Positions 61,638-64,000 of a DNA stretch of 64,000 nucleotides are shown one piece after another; position 1 is the first letter of the stretch, and each line of letters opens with the position of its first letter. This DNA comes from a virus. The notes under the pieces were generated by a model, which ran no database searches, was not told the origin of the DNA, and saw nothing but the letters and a program-made list of their open reading frames with translations. The DNA lies in the IMG/VR virus record IMGVR_UViG_3300030108_004965, positions 127,697 to 191,696 of that record. One strand, given 5' to 3'. The translations under genes were made by a program, and so were the position numbers.

Positions 61638-62792
61638 TTAATAATCCAATCTAACTCTCAAAGTAAATTCGTTTGATGGCTTCTTTTGTAATGGCTCACT
61701 TAATTTTGCCACAGCCAACAATTCATTATTATCATTATACAAGCCTATAGTCGTGATGTATGCGACCGGATCATCTGTGGTATTATTTTTAACTCTAATT
61801 TTAGAATTTGATGTATAAGTGGGATTAGAAGAATAATTGAATTGATTGTGGTTTGCTCGACAGAAATAGACAGTTGAGTTTAATTCCGTTGTGTTATTAA
61901 ACTGCATGTTGACGATTCTATGTCTCAAGAAATTAGCAGAGCCCGAAATTGAAGAACCAGTCAGAAATGCTCTAGGGTGTTCTCCACCGGGGCCGGCAAA
62001 CTCTAAATCGGCATAAGCTTCTTGTCCTTTCAAATAACCACCGCCGGATGAGGTAGTTTGAAGAACAGAGGATGTAAGTACCACGACACCTGCTTGATAA
62101 TAAATCAGTCCTGCGTACCAATACGTGTCCCCATCTATAGAGGCTGTGTGGGCACGATTTGCCGCAGTATCAAGATACTGATTCGGTGACGATGCAGTTG
62201 CATATAGAATTCCATATTCTCCGACTGGGGAGTTCACTCTGTATTCAGTCGATGCGGCGACGTCTTGGATCAGTATGGTTCTTTGATCAGGAGCAGCATA
62301 CCTTGCATCAATTCCAAGCTCCATTGTGAAAGTTTCTTTTTTAATTTCATCTTTGGTTAGAAGTCTCGAGAAAGGAATAATAAATGCCTCTCTTATTTTT
62401 TTACCCCCGGCAAGTATATCACCATCCTCATCGAATGGCATTACAGAACCTGTTCCGTCAAAGCCCATAAGAACTTGGGCCATTTGGTTATACATATTTT
62501 TCTTTTTTGATGCTTGTGATGTGGTTGTGGTGCAAAGAGGCTGCAGTTCCCCTGTAGTGCTAAGACCCACGGTTATGTCAAAAATGTGATTAGCAGAAGA
62601 GCTTAAGTATGGATAATCATACACTGACTGAAACATTCCGTGTGAGAAATTTTTAATGTTCCCCTCGCTGCCCAATTCTATACCATCGCCACCATATGTA
62701 CCAGAAACAATGGTACCAGTGAGAGGAATTGCTTCATGAAGGAGTGTTCTTGTATTTACTATGTCATCTTCATTTAGTATTTTAAACGTCAT
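61638..62792 (-). CDS. Baseplate / tail-fibre attachment-like structural protein
   Basis: C-terminal FNYSSNPTY...YITTIGLYNDNNELLAVAKLSEPLQK. Confidence 0.55.
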   Translation of the reverse strand: MTFKILNEDDIVNTRTLLHEAIPLTGTIVSGTYGGDGIELGSEGNIKNFSHGMFQSVYDYPYLSSSANHIFDITVGLSTTGELQPLCTTTTSQASKKKNMYNQMAQVLMGFDGTGSVMPFDEDGDILAGGKKIREAFIIPFSRLLTKDEIKKETFTMELGIDARYAAPDQRTILIQDVAASTEYRVNSPVGEYGILYATASSPNQYLDTAANRAHTASIDGDTYWYAGLIYYQAGVVVLTSSVLQTTSSGGGYLKGQEAYADLEFAGPGGEHPRAFLTGSSISGSANFLRHRIVNMQFNNTTELNSTVYFCRANHNQFNYSSNPTYTSNSKIRVKNNTTDDPVAYITTIGLYNDNNELLAVAKLSEPLQKKPSNEFTLRVRLDY

Positions 62793-62801
62793 TTTAATTT
62801 C

Positions 62802-63746
62802 CTATGCTAATTTTATAAATCTAATTGGAATATCGATCATTATTCCAGTTTTTACACCTGAGATTCTAACAGTTGTGTCAATAAATTGTACCGGCGACAT
62901 TGTAGTTCCATCTGCATTTCGACTGAGCAATTCAGTTTCGCCACCAAGAGTATTAAACAAATACGAACTAGTATTGAGATTAGTGGACGCAGCGATACGA
63001 AACTCAATGCGGTTGCCACGGGGACCACGGATTACGTTCCCACCTTTAGATACATCGGTAATAGATGTTACAAATGTATCGTTAAGATCTAGTGTATAAA
63101 ACGCAATACTATCGTCATCAACATAGTCTGGCTCTGCTGATTGTCCTTGTTGATTGATCAAAAACCCGAGCCTATTGTCCATTTGCACAATGAACGAATT
63201 ATCAACAAGTTCAGGCTCTAGTTTAACTTGAGGAGACACTTCGTCATTAGTATCTAAACCTGCGTCAACTCTTATGACAGACCCCCTGTAGGATGCGCCG
63301 AAAATCATACCTCGATTAATTTGACCTTCATTGTTAACACCAACAGCAGAGAATGTACTAGGAGCATCTTCGTTGTCCTCTGTGTTTCTATCTACCAATA
63401 CATAAAAGGCACCATCCGATACAGACCTGTTGTTTTCTTCAACTTCGCTTAATCTCAAAACTGGCAAGTATAGTAATTCTAAATTATCATACGTTAACAA
63501 ATGACACTTCATTGTCGAAGAGTTATTTGTAAATGCTTCTAAGACAGGAGTTTGTAAGATCTCCAAATCATAATAAGAACTACCACTTGGATGCGTTTTG
63601 TTATATAATGCATAATCAATCTCATCATCTGCTAAAGCAAATTTTGTTATCTGAAATGATCCATCTCCTTTGGATAAAAGTTTCCTTCCATTATCTGTTA
63701 TTGTTGCATCTAAAATGATGTTTCCACTATTATCTAAATAGGCCAT
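62802..63746 (-). CDS. Baseplate-region structural protein
   Basis: MAYLDNSG.IILDA.IT..GRKLL..G...ITKFALADDEIDY; late motif upstream. Confidence 0.55.
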   Translation of the reverse strand: MAYLDNSGNIILDATITDNGRKLLSKGDGSFQITKFALADDEIDYALYNKTHPSGSSYYDLEILQTPVLEAFTNNSSTMKCHLLTYDNLELLYLPVLRLSEVEENNRSVSDGAFYVLVDRNTEDNEDAPSTFSAVGVNNEGQINRGMIFGASYRGSVIRVDAGLDTNDEVSPQVKLEPELVDNSFIVQMDNRLGFLINQQGQSAEPDYVDDDSIAFYTLDLNDTFVTSITDVSKGGNVIRGPRGNRIEFRIAASTNLNTSSYLFNTLGGETELLSRNADGTTMSPVQFIDTTVRISGVKTGIMIDIPIRFIKLA

Positions 63747-63784
63747 CCTTGTTTCTCCCAGTATTTTTCATAGTAAATAGATTT

Positions 63785-64000
63785 TTAATTAAAATCTTCT
63801 TCTGTTTTATCTCTAGTTAGTTTAAAGGTTACATTATAATCAATAATTTTACCTGTTGATTTAGATCTGATTCTGAACTTAAACTTCCGACCCCACACTG
63901 CTTTGGGCGCTATACCAAGTTCAACTTGATCTAGCATTCTTCTCAAAGAATCTGCTTCTAATAAAGATTCTTGATAATCATCAAAAATTGTATGTGGTAA
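63785..64000 (-). CDS. C-terminal part of a protein running off the window end
   Basis: Open frame ...VWGRKFKFRIRSKSTGKIIDYNVTFKLTRDKTEEDFN*. Confidence 0.7.
   Translation of the reverse strand, partial: LPHTIFDDYQESLLEADSLRRMLDQVELGIAPKAVWGRKFKFRIRSKSTGKIIDYNVTFKLTRDKTEEDFN

Noticed and set aside
24-63718. Numerous plus-strand ORFs and nested minus-strand ORFs in the track
   Set aside because: They overlap well-supported minus-strand genes, lack SD sites and motifs, and look like antisense or alternate-frame shadows.
1-64000. Stop-codon reassignment (alternative genetic code), as seen in some large phages
   Set aside because: Core genes are full length in code 11, and TAA, TAG and TGA all serve as genuine stops.
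1-64000. CRISPR array, tRNA or rRNA genes, IS elements or integrase
   Set aside because: No regularly spaced direct repeats, cloverleafs or transposase/integrase motifs were seen by eye. A tRNAscan or CRISPR-finder run would be needed to be certain.

Overview
This 64 kb window comes from a large, AT-rich, T4-like myophage with a contractile tail (jumbo/huge-phage type). Essentially every real gene is on the minus strand, and the plus-strand ORFs in the track look like shadows. From left to right it contains: (1) a replication, recombination and nucleotide block (partial GroES-like gene, class II RNR, DnaB-like helicase, 5'-3' exonuclease, RecA/UvsX, DUF262-like protein, gp32-like SSB, tubulin/FtsZ-like protein, minimal family A polymerase); (2) tail genes (hub-like protein, LysM protein, tube initiator, tape measure, chaperone pair with a probable frameshift, two tube paralogs, sheath, neck); (3) a head cluster (MCP, scaffold, fibre and LamG proteins, ribosomal protein bS21, prohead protease, portal, large terminase); (4) an accessory cluster of small genes with a shared N-terminal tag, mixed with lysis-like membrane genes; (5) a Mre11-Rad50 fusion, Smr-like protein, two nucleotidyltransferases, primase and RuvC; (6) baseplate-like genes. 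Two promoter classes are visible: eight sigma70-type TTGAC(A/T)-N16/17-TA(T/C)NNT sites before replication genes, and a short (A)CTANTTA motif before late genes. The most notable observations are a family of at least 6 unrelated small proteins sharing an N-terminal M-x-(I/L/V)-T-x-x-x-L-K-x-x-I-x-E tag (a candidate capsid-targeting and protease-cleavage system), a roughly 92 nt multi-stem RNA with complementary loops just after the MCP gene, and several micro-ORFs missed by the ORF track, including a 22 aa, 8-Cys metallothionein-like peptide. All family assignments come from motif recognition by eye; no database searches were run.
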